From an uncultured Candidatus Peribacteria bacterium (GTDB taxonomy: Bacteria > Patescibacteriota > Gracilibacteria > Peribacterales > Peribacteraceae), in NCBI GenBank assembly GCA_964563915.1, contig CAZLYW010000001.1, forward strand, positions 560 through 64,559: 64,000 bases of DNA. The letters are read 5' to 3'. A program made the position numbers and the translations under genes. The notes beneath the pieces were generated by a model. That model made no database searches, had not been told where the DNA came from, and saw only the letters and a program-made list of their open reading frames with translations. Positions 1 to 8,760 of this stretch are shown piece after piece; the stretch's first letter is position 1; each line of letters begins with the position of its first letter.

Positions 1-1428
1 AGCTTTCACGTGAACGAGTTCGCTGGTGCCACCTCGCGCAAGATCGGCAGGGGAGTGGACACGATCGAAGGCATCCTCGACCGGATCTGGATGAACTTCC
101 TTCCGGCGATCATCCTGATCATCGGACTCATGGCTGTGCTGTGGTTCTACGCACCGCTGATCGGACTGGCGATGCTCATCGGGATCATTCTCTTCACGAT
201 GCTCTCCGTCTCGCTGAACCTCTTCCTGGCGAAGTACTACACCTGGACGGACGAGCAGGATACACGGGTCTCGGCCAACATGGTCGACAGCATCGCGGCG
301 AACTCGCTCGTGAAGTCCTTCGCTGCCGAGGAGAAGGAAGACGCCCGGCACGATAGAGGCGTTGCCGAGTGGCAGAAGAGGCAGTGGACATCGTGGAACA
401 TCTCGACCTGGTTCCTGCTGATCCAATTCCTCTTCCTGCTGGGTCTTGAGCTCGTGGTGATCCTCCTCGCGGTGCACCTCTGGTCGACTGGTCGCTTTAC
501 CGTCGGAGGATTCATCATCGTTGTGTTCTACGTGATGCAACTCTGGAATCGGTTGCTCGATATCGGCCGCAACACGCGCGAATTCCTCAAGGCCTGCGCG
601 CACTGCGAAGAGATGATTCAGATCGCGGAGCGTCCGCAGCTCGTCCACGATGCGACGAATGCCAAGCTGCTGCTCGTGAAGAACGGAGAGGTGCGGTTCC
701 ACAGTGTTCGTTTCCAATATGAGCGCGCTCTGCAGCCGATCTTCAATGATCTGAGCGTGACCGTCCGGCCCAGCGAAACAGTTGCCCTCGTCGGCCACTC
801 CGGCGGCGGCAAGAGCACATTCGTGAAACTGTTGGTGCGCCTGTACGATGTCACCGGTGGCTGCATCACGATCGATGGCCAGGATATCCAAGACGTCACG
901 CAGGAGAGCCTGCGCAGCTCCATCGGTCTGGTGCCGCAGGACCCGATCCTCTTCCACCGCACCATCGCGGAGAACATCGCGTACGGGAAGCCCGATGCGA
1001 CCCTCGACGAGATCGAACGGGCGGCGAAGCTCGCGCATGCCTACGAATTCATCAACGTTCTTCCGCAGAAGTATGAGACTCTGGTCGGTGAGCGGGGCAT
1101 TAAGCTCTCCGGCGGTGAACGCCAGCGCGTTGCCATTGCACGAGCGATCCTCGCAGACAAGCCGATCCTCATCCTCGACGAAGCGACGAGCAGCCTGGAT
1201 TCTTTGAGCGAGCAGTACATTCAGGAAGCTCTCGGTACGCTCATGGAAGGCCGCACGAGCATCGTCATCGCGCACCGCCTCAGTACGATCAAGCAAGCCG
1301 ACCGCATCCTCGTCATCGAACATGGGCAGATCGCCGAACAGGGATCGCACGCCGAACTCCTCACGAAAGAGAACGGCATCTACCGGCAGCTCTACGAGTT
1401 GCAGGCGGGAGGGTTTATTGGGGAGTAG
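1..1428 (+). CDS. ABC exporter, fused permease/ATPase (MsbA/ABCB type), 5' end cut by window edge
   Basis: Frame is open from nt 1. N-terminal TM helices are followed by an NBD with Walker A GHSGGGKST, signature LSGGERQR, Walker B ILILDEATS and H-loop IAHRL. Confidence 0.9.
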   Translation, partial: SFHVNEFAGATSRKIGRGVDTIEGILDRIWMNFLPAIILIIGLMAVLWFYAPLIGLAMLIGIILFTMLSVSLNLFLAKYYTWTDEQDTRVSANMVDSIAANSLVKSFAAEEKEDARHDRGVAEWQKRQWTSWNISTWFLLIQFLFLLGLELVVILLAVHLWSTGRFTVGGFIIVVFYVMQLWNRLLDIGRNTREFLKACAHCEEMIQIAERPQLVHDATNAKLLLVKNGEVRFHSVRFQYERALQPIFNDLSVTVRPSETVALVGHSGGGKSTFVKLLVRLYDVTGGCITIDGQDIQDVTQESLRSSIGLVPQDPILFHRTIAENIAYGKPDATLDEIERAAKLAHAYEFINVLPQKYETLVGERGIKLSGGERQRVAIARAILADKPILILDEATSSLDSLSEQYIQEALGTLMEGRTSIVIAHRLSTIKQADRILVIEHGQIAEQGSHAELLTKENGIYRQLYELQAGGFIGE

Positions 1429-1455
1429 CGGGTTACACAACTCCATTTGCCGGTG

Positions 1456-1923
1456 TCATGCCCCCTTCTTCGCCTGCACCTCTTCCTTCGCGACGCTCAC
1501 CTGTAACGGATACGTCTGCTCTCCGATCTTCACCTGCACTGTGAAGTTTCCGATCGCCTTGATGGGATCGCCGATCTGGATGTTGTCGGCAGGAACCGTG
1601 ACGGAATGTTCTTCTGCAAGTGCGGTGCTGATCTGGTCCGCCGTGATCGCCGCGTAGAGCTTGTCGGTCTTCGTTCCCTTCCGCGTGAAGTGCACGATCT
1701 TGCCCGTGAGCATGCCGGCAGCCTCGAGGTGGAGTTTGCGCTCATGTTCTTTCTCTTCGGCGCGGCGCTTGATCTCTTCGGCGTAGCGCTTGCGGACAGT
1801 GGGGGTTGCGACGAGAGCCTTCCTCTCCGGGAGGAGGTGATTGAGCGCAAAGCCGTCCTTCACGACGATGATGTCGTTACGCTTGCCAATGCCGTTGATA
1901 TCTTCCAGGAGGAGGAGTTCCAT
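1456..1923 (-). CDS. rplI: 50S ribosomal protein L9
   Basis: Translation from the internal ATG gives MELLLLEDINGIGKRNDIIVVKDGFALNHL, the conserved L9 N-terminus. The 9 upstream codons of the tracked ORF are judged non-coding. Confidence 0.85.
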   Translation of the reverse strand: MELLLLEDINGIGKRNDIIVVKDGFALNHLLPERKALVATPTVRKRYAEEIKRRAEEKEHERKLHLEAAGMLTGKIVHFTRKGTKTDKLYAAITADQISTALAEEHSVTVPADNIQIGDPIKAIGNFTVQVKIGEQTYPLQVSVAKEEVQAKKGA

Positions 1924-2066
1924 TGGCGGGAGTGACGAATCGCTGTGCATAGGCTGCTCAAGAGAGCCGAAGCAGTCTACGCGTCTGCCATGGAGACGTC
2001 AATGCTTGAGGAGAGTGACGGGTTTGGGCTTGCGCGGATCTCCAATGAATAGTTTGGTATGGTTCA

Positions 2067-4274
2067 TCACAGCAATGACGGCAACCACCGGAAGAACGAG
2101 CTCCACCGGACTCCCGGCTTGAATTGCCGTTCCTGCTTCACGTACCACTTGTCGAGTGTGAGGAAGCGGTCGCTGTGGAGTGAGAGCGCGCCGAGTTCGA
2201 TGCCGAAGATGTCGCGATGGTGGGCGAAGACGTACTGCGGCGAGTAGAGGAAAATCGCGGGCGCGTCATTGCGCAGGATGTCGCGGAGTTCCTTGAGCGA
2301 TTCCTGTCGTTCCTTCTCGTTCGTCGTCCTGCGGATCGTCTCGAGTTCCGTATCGGCCTTGAAGGAGACGTACTGCGAGAGGTTGTAGGCGTCTTGTCGC
2401 AGATTGGTGTCCTGTCCCGTGAGCTTCTGGATAGCGCTGCTGTGCCAGTACGGGTAGCTGTCCAGGTTATCCAGGAGCGACTGCCCGAAGAGGAGGATAT
2501 CGTAGTCGCGGCGGAGCAGTCGGTCCTGGAATTCCTGCGGCGAGGCCGCGACTTCCACCTTCACACGCACGCCGAGTTGCAGCCACTGTCGCGATACTTC
2601 GTCGGCGACGGTGCGGTAGGGTCCAGGCGCATCGCTCGTGAGGAGCCGCAACTCCAGCGGCGCTCCTCTTTCGTTCACGCGGATGCTCACCGGATCGGAT
2701 TCTCTGCGGAAGCGAAGCATGGCCGCATCCAGGGCGAGATTGCCGATCGTGATCTTCTGGGGAATGTTCGGTGCACCATCTTTGGTCTCGCGGTAGAGGC
2801 GCGCGAGCCGGAGTTCTTCGGAAGCGCGGTCGAACTCCTCGCGATCACTCGCAGCGAACACGTAGAAGGAATCGAGAATGCGGTTCTTGCCATCGGTCAC
2901 CTTCACGAGGTTCTCGCCCTGGGCGAGCGCTCCCGTTCCGTGGAGGAATGGGATCTCCACGAGCCAGGAGCCCGAACCCGAGTGACCCGGCCGGAGCGCA
3001 ATGCCGTTGACCTTGGCGAGGCGCAGCGCCGGCACGTAGGCGCCGGTGAGCGTGAGCGCGCCACCCTCCCGCAGGAGGACAATCGGCGGAGGGTGGATCA
3101 GTCCGGCGGTATTCGCGTCCTCCTGCTCGAGCACGCGCTGTAGACGCAGGCGCTCGGGGAGATTCCAACGAGAGGCGAGGAGAGCGCCTTGTGCCGCATC
3201 GGGATCGAACTTGTAGTGCCAGTCGCTCGTATCGATCTCGAGGAGGGGGGTATCGACGATGACGGATTCGTGGACGACATCGGCGATCGCCTGCTTGTCG
3301 GTACCCTGCTGGAGGCCGACGCGGAGCTTGCCATCCTGGAGCGCCGGGCGATCGAGGTTGAAGAAGAGGGCGACGTACTGCGGCAGCGTATAGCGGAGCG
3401 TCGCAAAGCGCTTCGCGATGATCGGCTGGCCGTCGTCGTTTCGGGGAACCAGCCGGACCCCGTCGAGGTGACTCACGTCGAGAAGGAGCGACGAGTAGTC
3501 GGAGAAGATGCGGAAGACGATGCCGTCGAGCCGGTAGACCGGACTGAGCGTCCGCGGAAAGCGTTCGAGCGTCACTTCGGTGCTCACGTCGGTGCGGACG
3601 ACGGACTTGACACGGTAGGGTCCGGCGCCGACAGGAGAGAACCCGAAATCGACCGCTTGATCGAGCGCCCCGGCCGGGATCCCCTCGAATGATGCTTTCG
3701 GGAGCAGGCCGAGTGTCAGATTACTCGGGAAGAAGCTGTAGGGCTGCTCGAGGGTGAAGCGGACCGTGCGATCATCGACCTTGTCGACACGGATGCCGCG
3801 GAAGTTCTGGCGCAGCAATGCGTTCGGGAATTGCGGCTCCTGGATCGCCTTGAACGTGAAGAGGACATCGTCGGCGGTGACGGGGTGTGGATGCTCCTCC
3901 GAGGAGTCGTGCCAGGAGAGATCGTCCTTCAGGCGGACAGTGTAGACTTTCGCATCGCGCGAAACCTCCATCGTCGCGAGGTCGTCTTCGATCGCACGGG
4001 TGAGCGGGTTGTAGCGCTGCAGACCGGCGAAGACGAGGGAGACGATGTCACGGTTGACGTCGTTGCGGACGATGAACCAGGGATTGAGCGGCAGGAGGTC
4101 GCCGACGGTGCCTTCGATGTAGGTTCCGCCCTCAGCGGGAAGGAGGATGGAATGACGGAGGTAAAAGAGTCTCAGCAATCCTGCGCCGCTTGCGAGCAGT
4201 AGGAGAACGAGCAGCGAGAGGATCCACCTCTCCCAGCGCGTCATTGCGGAGAGGAGTTGCAGAATGCGCCGCAT
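2067..4274 (-). CDS. membrane-anchored solute-binding protein, family 5 (Opp/Dpp-like)
   Basis: 735 aa with a single N-terminal TM anchor. Size and motifs (NPW...DIVSLVFAGLQRYNP) are typical of OppA/DppA-type binding proteins. No partner permease genes are in the window. Confidence 0.65.
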   Translation of the reverse strand: MRRILQLLSAMTRWERWILSLLVLLLLASGAGLLRLFYLRHSILLPAEGGTYIEGTVGDLLPLNPWFIVRNDVNRDIVSLVFAGLQRYNPLTRAIEDDLATMEVSRDAKVYTVRLKDDLSWHDSSEEHPHPVTADDVLFTFKAIQEPQFPNALLRQNFRGIRVDKVDDRTVRFTLEQPYSFFPSNLTLGLLPKASFEGIPAGALDQAVDFGFSPVGAGPYRVKSVVRTDVSTEVTLERFPRTLSPVYRLDGIVFRIFSDYSSLLLDVSHLDGVRLVPRNDDGQPIIAKRFATLRYTLPQYVALFFNLDRPALQDGKLRVGLQQGTDKQAIADVVHESVIVDTPLLEIDTSDWHYKFDPDAAQGALLASRWNLPERLRLQRVLEQEDANTAGLIHPPPIVLLREGGALTLTGAYVPALRLAKVNGIALRPGHSGSGSWLVEIPFLHGTGALAQGENLVKVTDGKNRILDSFYVFAASDREEFDRASEELRLARLYRETKDGAPNIPQKITIGNLALDAAMLRFRRESDPVSIRVNERGAPLELRLLTSDAPGPYRTVADEVSRQWLQLGVRVKVEVAASPQEFQDRLLRRDYDILLFGQSLLDNLDSYPYWHSSAIQKLTGQDTNLRQDAYNLSQYVSFKADTELETIRRTTNEKERQESLKELRDILRNDAPAIFLYSPQYVFAHHRDIFGIELGALSLHSDRFLTLDKWYVKQERQFKPGVRWSSFFRWLPSLL

Positions 4275-4290
4275 GAGCGTCGTGGGTGGT

Positions 4291-4512
4291 TTAGGAAGGC
4301 AGGTACCACAGCAGGACCGCGATACCGAAGAAGGCGACAGAGAGGAGAATCGTCATTGTGTAGATGACCTGCTCCGCTCCCCGTCGCTGCACGTAGACGG
4401 CTCCGCTACCGCCGAATGTGGAGGTGAGCCCCGAGACCCGGTGCTGCACGAGGATGCAGAGGCACAGGAGGACCGCGATGATGGCTTCGATCCAGAGGAA
4501 GATGCTGGTCAT
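4291..4512 (-). CDS. secG: preprotein translocase subunit SecG
   Basis: 73 aa with two TM helices flanking a Gly-rich loop (STFGGSGAVY), the typical SecG layout. Confidence 0.75.
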   Translation of the reverse strand: MTSIFLWIEAIIAVLLCLCILVQHRVSGLTSTFGGSGAVYVQRRGAEQVIYTMTILLSVAFFGIAVLLWYLPS

Positions 4513-4572
4513 AGGACTGATGAAGGTTACGCGAACATTCCCACTCGGGCAACGTCTCTGGTAGTCTCAAAT

Positions 4573-4648
4573 GGGCGGTTAGCTCAGTGGTCAGAGCGGC
4601 CGGTTTACACCCGGTAGGTCACAGGTTCGACCCCTGTACCGCCCACCA
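4573..4648 (+). tRNA. tRNA-Val (anticodon TAC), CCA encoded
   Basis: Hand-folded cloverleaf: acceptor GGGCGGT/ACCGCCC, D arm GCTC-AGTGGTCA-GAGC, anticodon stem GCCGG/CCGGT with loop TTTACAC, T arm ACAGG-TTCGACC-CCTGT, discriminator A plus CCA. Confidence 0.9.
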
Positions 4649-4741
4649 TTCGACTCCGCTTCGCTTCGCTCAGCGTCGCTCATGGCAAGCCACCGGGCCT
4701 TCATCTTTTACATTCATCAAAAACCTTGGTACGTTCGCCGT

Positions 4742-5332
4742 ATGCGCACATCCCTCATCGCTCTCACCGCCGTCTCTCTTCTTTTCCCGTTCGCGGTCTT
4801 CGCCTACGGAAAGCGACCGATCGGCGCGACCCGGTCGATGTCCAGGAGATCGACGACCGGTGTGTTCATTGATCGCCAGGTGTGGCTGCCGGGAACATGG
4901 TCCGTGGAGACCGGGACCGGTTCGCTGACCTTTGGGAGAATGCACGCCGACAAGGTGCATCGCAGCGTCGTGCGCCTGACGCTCATGCCGCGCGACCAGT
5001 GCGGCTACGGCTTCGTCCGGATTCGCGCGCTCAAGGCCTGGGGCGGAAGATTTCTGGAGCAATCGCAGGGACGGATCGAGCCGATCAGCTTTGGGACGAG
5101 TAAGTACAAGGGCTACTCGTGGGTCGAACCCTCGACCTGGAGTGGAGATCGCCACTGGTGTGTTGCGCAGGACCTGAAGAACGCGATGGAACTGATCGCG
5201 CCACTCGGCGACGAGGAACTCATCACATTCATCCGCAACGACTTGCTGCTGCAGCTGGCAGTGCGCAGCGGCCGTTCGGTGCTCCCGTGGCCGGTGGCAT
5301 CGGAGCACCCGCCATCGTCTCCCGCACGGTGA
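4742..5332 (+). CDS. hypothetical secreted protein
   Basis: An internal ATG gives the signal-peptide-like MRTSLIALTAVSLLFPFAVFAYG. Composition is protein-like, whereas the overlapping minus-strand ORF is Arg-rich. Confidence 0.55.
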   Translation: MRTSLIALTAVSLLFPFAVFAYGKRPIGATRSMSRRSTTGVFIDRQVWLPGTWSVETGTGSLTFGRMHADKVHRSVVRLTLMPRDQCGYGFVRIRALKAWGGRFLEQSQGRIEPISFGTSKYKGYSWVEPSTWSGDRHWCVAQDLKNAMELIAPLGDEELITFIRNDLLLQLAVRSGRSVLPWPVASEHPPSSPAR

Positions 5333-5338
5333 GCGTCT

Positions 5339-5659
5339 TCAACTACTGATCGCGGAGAAGATCTCCTGCATCAGCGCCACGACTGTCGAGAAGTTCAGTT
5401 CAAAGGGAATATCGAGGAGTTTGCTGATCCACGACACAGCGAAGAACGCGATGAAAGTGATGAAGAGCCCGATGATGGAGAAGCGGATCGTGTGGACGGC
5501 CTTCTTGATTTTCTCCTCGTTGCCCGCGGAGAGGATGAAGGTGATGCCGCCGACGATGATAAAAATGAGAGATAGGATCGACGCGGCGATGAGAGCCAAC
5601 GCGATGAACGTCGCGACAATGTCGACGATGCTGCCGTTTTCCAGGAGATCGCGGATCAT
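5339..5659 (-). CDS. small two-TM membrane protein, TrbC/VirB2-like (T4SS-pilin-like family common in CPR)
   Basis: 106 aa. The motif GGITFILSAGNEEKIKKAVHTIRFSIIGLFITFIAFFAV resembles the GG..yi.SaGdpek..kAk..i..aiiGl signature of T4SS-pilin-like miniproteins. Its start overlaps the upstream gene's stop (ATGA). Confidence 0.5.
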   Translation of the reverse strand: MIRDLLENGSIVDIVATFIALALIAASILSLIFIIVGGITFILSAGNEEKIKKAVHTIRFSIIGLFITFIAFFAVSWISKLLDIPFELNFSTVVALMQEIFSAISS

Positions 5660-5943
5660 ACGGTGAGGGGGGAAGAAGAAGTCTCGGGTTCGAGAATCTT
5701 GATGTTGATACGCTGCGAGGAGTTGCCGCCGATGACGCGGATCAGGGTACGGAGCGCCTTGACCGTCTGACCGCCCTTGCCGATAAGCTTGCCCATGTCT
5801 CGCGCACTCACGCTCACTGTCAGGAGGACGCCAAGGTCATCGATTCGGCCTTCCACGTTCAATTCGTCTCGGTCCTCCACGAGCGACTCCAGGACGTACT
5901 GGAGGAAATCCAAGCCAGGTATTGTGCCGGTCGTCACCGTCAT
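5656..5943 (-). CDS. KH-domain RNA-binding protein (YlqC/UPF0109 family)
   Basis: Carries the GKLIGKGGQTVKALRTLI KH motif. It follows rpsP, as in many bacteria. Confidence 0.85.
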   Translation of the reverse strand: MTVTTGTIPGLDFLQYVLESLVEDRDELNVEGRIDDLGVLLTVSVSARDMGKLIGKGGQTVKALRTLIRVIGGNSSQRINIKILEPETSSSPLTV

Positions 5944-6005
5944 TGCACCGAAGCGTACCCTACAAAAAAGGCTTTGTGAAGGGCGAATTCAATCGATTCA
6001 GTCGA

Positions 6006-6464
6006 TTAAGCGGCTGTAGCATCTTCGGTGTTCGTTTCTCCTTTCTTCTCCGGTTCCATAGCTGCTGTAGCGTCAATGGGCTGCGGTTGAGTTTCCGCCT
6101 TCAACGTTCCAGCCGCAGTCTCCGTGGAAGCGGGTACGTTATTAGCCGCCGCTGCTGGAGCGGTGGCCCTAGCAGCCGCTTCCTTCGATTTTCGCTTCGC
6201 ATAGGGCTGGATGAATTTCTCCATGCCATCAAGACCGGCGCGCTTGAGGATCCGAGCAACCGTGTCGCTTGGAATCGCGCCCTGGGCGACCCAGTGCTTG
6301 ATGCGGTCGTCCTTCTTCTCGAGGACAGCGGGATCCCTGGCAGGGAGGTAGTGCCCGACGATTTCGAGGTACTTACCCTTCACGGGGCGCGCCTTCTCGG
6401 CTACGACGAGACGGTACGTGGGAAGATTCTCCCGGCCGGTTCTCTGCAAGCGGATGACGAGCAT
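6006..6464 (-). CDS. rpsP: 30S ribosomal protein S16 with Ala/Thr/Glu-rich C-terminal extension
   Basis: N-terminus MLVIRLQRTGRENLPTYRLVVAE matches the conserved S16 start. About 60 extra low-complexity residues lie at the C-terminus. Confidence 0.9.
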   Translation of the reverse strand: MLVIRLQRTGRENLPTYRLVVAEKARPVKGKYLEIVGHYLPARDPAVLEKKDDRIKHWVAQGAIPSDTVARILKRAGLDGMEKFIQPYAKRKSKEAAARATAPAAAANNVPASTETAAGTLKAETQPQPIDATAAMEPEKKGETNTEDATAA

Positions 6465-6487
6465 TGACACTGAAGTCTACGGAAGCT

Positions 6488-6808
6488 CTAGGGCTTCTGC
6501 AAGGGATCCTGCGCACGCTTTGTCCGAACGAGCCGCACGTCCCGGACGGAGGACCCCTTGCACTCTCTCCTCAGGAATTCCATCAGTGCAGGCAAGAGCG
6601 ACCGGCACTCCTGCGCAGCAATGGAATGTCCCGTTGCAATTGTCAGGACACCGTCGCGGAATTGTTCCACGTGGAACTGGTCCGCGAGGGAGGGAAGAGC
6701 CACTCGAAGCCACTCCGTCGTCTTCAACGTGACGAGTGCGGCGACCGCATGGCCGTGGAGGCCGCGCTTTCGAAGGACAGAGGGTAGGATTGAAGAGAGG
6801 GAATCCAT
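6488..6808 (-). CDS. DUF721 / DciA-like protein
   Basis: Size and the pattern LPSVLRKRGL...ALVTLKTTEWL...VEQFRDGVLTI resemble DUF721. The first 13 codons of the tracked ORF lie in an AT-rich repeat, so the MDSLSS start is preferred. Confidence 0.5.
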   Translation of the reverse strand: MDSLSSILPSVLRKRGLHGHAVAALVTLKTTEWLRVALPSLADQFHVEQFRDGVLTIATGHSIAAQECRSLLPALMEFLRRECKGSSVRDVRLVRTKRAQDPLQKP

Positions 6809-6870
6809 GGAACGAATGATAAATGATAAATCATGAATTGAATTCAATAATTTTCAAATTCTGTAATTTC

Positions 6871-7932
6871 TTAATGATTAGTCATTAGACATTTATGGAA
6901 AACAGCGAATGTCTCTTCCGCAACCTCCCCCCACGTCCTCATCTTCCCAGGATCGGAAGGTGACGGGGGTTCTCGCAACGCCTCTGCCACATCTTCCACC
7001 GTCGGTGTGATGATACGGGACCCCGGTGGAGCGATCTCGGGTAGGGAACCGCGATCCGTGACGATCACCGGACAGCCGGAGGCCGCCGCTTCCAGAACCG
7101 GCAGCCCGAAACCCTCGTAGAGCGACGCGGTGACGAACGCTGCGGCGAAGTAATACAAGCAGGAAAGATCGGATGCCGGAATATCTCGAAGCATCCGGAT
7201 CCCTTCATATAATCTCAGCGCTTCAGATTCTTTCCCTCCAGTCACCAGAACCAATTCCGTCTCCGTACTTTCGAGAGAGCGGTACGCATCGATGAGCATC
7301 TGCACGTTCTTGTGTTCCTTCGCATTGCCGACGTAGAGGAAGAACGGTTTTCGCAGATCGTAGTTCTTCAAGACGGGACCGCAGGCCGCAGCGGACTTGC
7401 GTGCGAATTCGCTCGAGGCGGCTTGGTGGATCACGGTCGTCTTCTTTTGGAGGTCCTTCCCGTACGTCTTCACGAGCTCATCGGCGGTGAACTTGCTGAC
7501 GGCAATGAGCGCCTTGGCTCTCTTCACGGTGTGCCTCATCAGCAATCGGTAAGCCGCGCGCCTGAGAAGGGACACCTGGTTCGGGTACCGGTGGAGAATC
7601 AGGTCGTGGATTGTCGCGACGAAAGGAACGGGGCAGATGAGGGGAATGTTGAAATGCGGACAGAAGAAGAGGTGTATTCCGGAACGCTTGATGATCCAGG
7701 GAAATTTCCATTGCTCCGAAAAGGAATAGTGACCGGCGTTATGAGTTATTAGTGTGTAGTGATTCGTTGCACTTTGAGGAAGCCATTGATGATCACCTGG
7801 GTGAACAAAAAGAACATACTGCACATCATCTTTCCTCAACAGAAGATGCGTCACCAGCTCGCGCGTGTAGCGGCCGAGGCCCGTATGCGTCGATGCAAAT
7901 CTGCAGTCGATCCCGATGACCATAGGGGGCAT
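6871..7932 (-). CDS. glycosyltransferase, GT4/GT1 family
   Basis: Starts MPPMVIGIDCRF like GT4 enzymes. The C-terminal half has the EGFGLPVLEA motif. The longer tracked ORF overlaps prmC and was trimmed. Confidence 0.85.
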   Translation of the reverse strand: MPPMVIGIDCRFASTHTGLGRYTRELVTHLLLRKDDVQYVLFVHPGDHQWLPQSATNHYTLITHNAGHYSFSEQWKFPWIIKRSGIHLFFCPHFNIPLICPVPFVATIHDLILHRYPNQVSLLRRAAYRLLMRHTVKRAKALIAVSKFTADELVKTYGKDLQKKTTVIHQAASSEFARKSAAACGPVLKNYDLRKPFFLYVGNAKEHKNVQMLIDAYRSLESTETELVLVTGGKESEALRLYEGIRMLRDIPASDLSCLYYFAAAFVTASLYEGFGLPVLEAAASGCPVIVTDRGSLPEIAPPGSRIITPTVEDVAEALREPPSPSDPGKMRTWGEVAEETFAVFHKCLMTNH

Positions 7933-7941
7933 GATAGCGTT

Positions 7942-8715
7942 ATGAATGTGAAAGACGCCTTGCGGGGTTCCGGTCTTGCATCTGCGGATGCAGAGGTCCT
8001 CTTGAGCCGGATTCTCGGGAGAGACCGAGCGTGGCTGCTCACGCACGACCATGATGCGCTGAAGCCGAAACACTGGTCCCAATTCATGCAGTGGATCGAG
8101 CGCAGACGGAAGCACGAGCCCGTCGCGTACATCATTGGGGAGCAGGAATTCTACGGCCGGCTGTTCACCGTGGACCGCCGCGTCTTGATCCCGAGACCGG
8201 CGACGGAGGGAGTCGTACGGAGGGCATTGCAGTTTCTGGAAGATGGGAAGGACGCAATAGATCAGGTTGATTCTGGAATTGTCGTAGTTGCGAAGGAATT
8301 AGGAATGAGGAATTATGAATTAAGAACAATTGTTGATGTTGGAACTGGGAGCGGATGCATTGCAATCACACTTGCGTTGGAGCGGCCGGATTTGAAAATC
8401 ATCGCGACGGATATTTCTGCCGATGCGCTCGACGTTGCGCGGATGAATGCGGAACGTCACGGCGTCGAGAAGAGGATCACCTTCAAAGAGGGAAGGGGAC
8501 TCGAGCCTGTCATGGATCTGGAGGAACCGTTCCTGCTCGTCAGTAATCCGCCGTATATCCCGTCCGGCAATGACATGATGAAAGACGTGCGCGATTTTGA
8601 ACCGCACGTGGCGCTCTTCGGTGGAGTGTGCGGCGATGAAGTACGGCATCAGCTCAAAAAAGAAGCGGATGCTCACCCCTCCTGCATCGGCTGGGTCATG
8701 GAAGGAAGAGCCTAA
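7942..8715 (+). CDS. prmC: release-factor glutamine N5-methyltransferase
   Basis: Has VDVGTGSGCIAI (SAM binding) and the VSNPPYIP catalytic motif. The start was chosen at MNVKDAL. Confidence 0.9.
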   Translation: MNVKDALRGSGLASADAEVLLSRILGRDRAWLLTHDHDALKPKHWSQFMQWIERRRKHEPVAYIIGEQEFYGRLFTVDRRVLIPRPATEGVVRRALQFLEDGKDAIDQVDSGIVVVAKELGMRNYELRTIVDVGTGSGCIAITLALERPDLKIIATDISADALDVARMNAERHGVEKRITFKEGRGLEPVMDLEEPFLLVSNPPYIPSGNDMMKDVRDFEPHVALFGGVCGDEVRHQLKKEADAHPSCIGWVMEGRA

Positions 8716-8760
8716 CCCCAGCCCTAGCCCCAGCCCCAGATCTCATGTTACCGTTTCCGC

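Noticed and set aside
4670-5308. 212-aa minus-strand ORF overlapping the secreted-protein gene.
   Set aside because: It is Arg-rich and low in complexity, whereas the plus-strand frame has a signal peptide and balanced composition.
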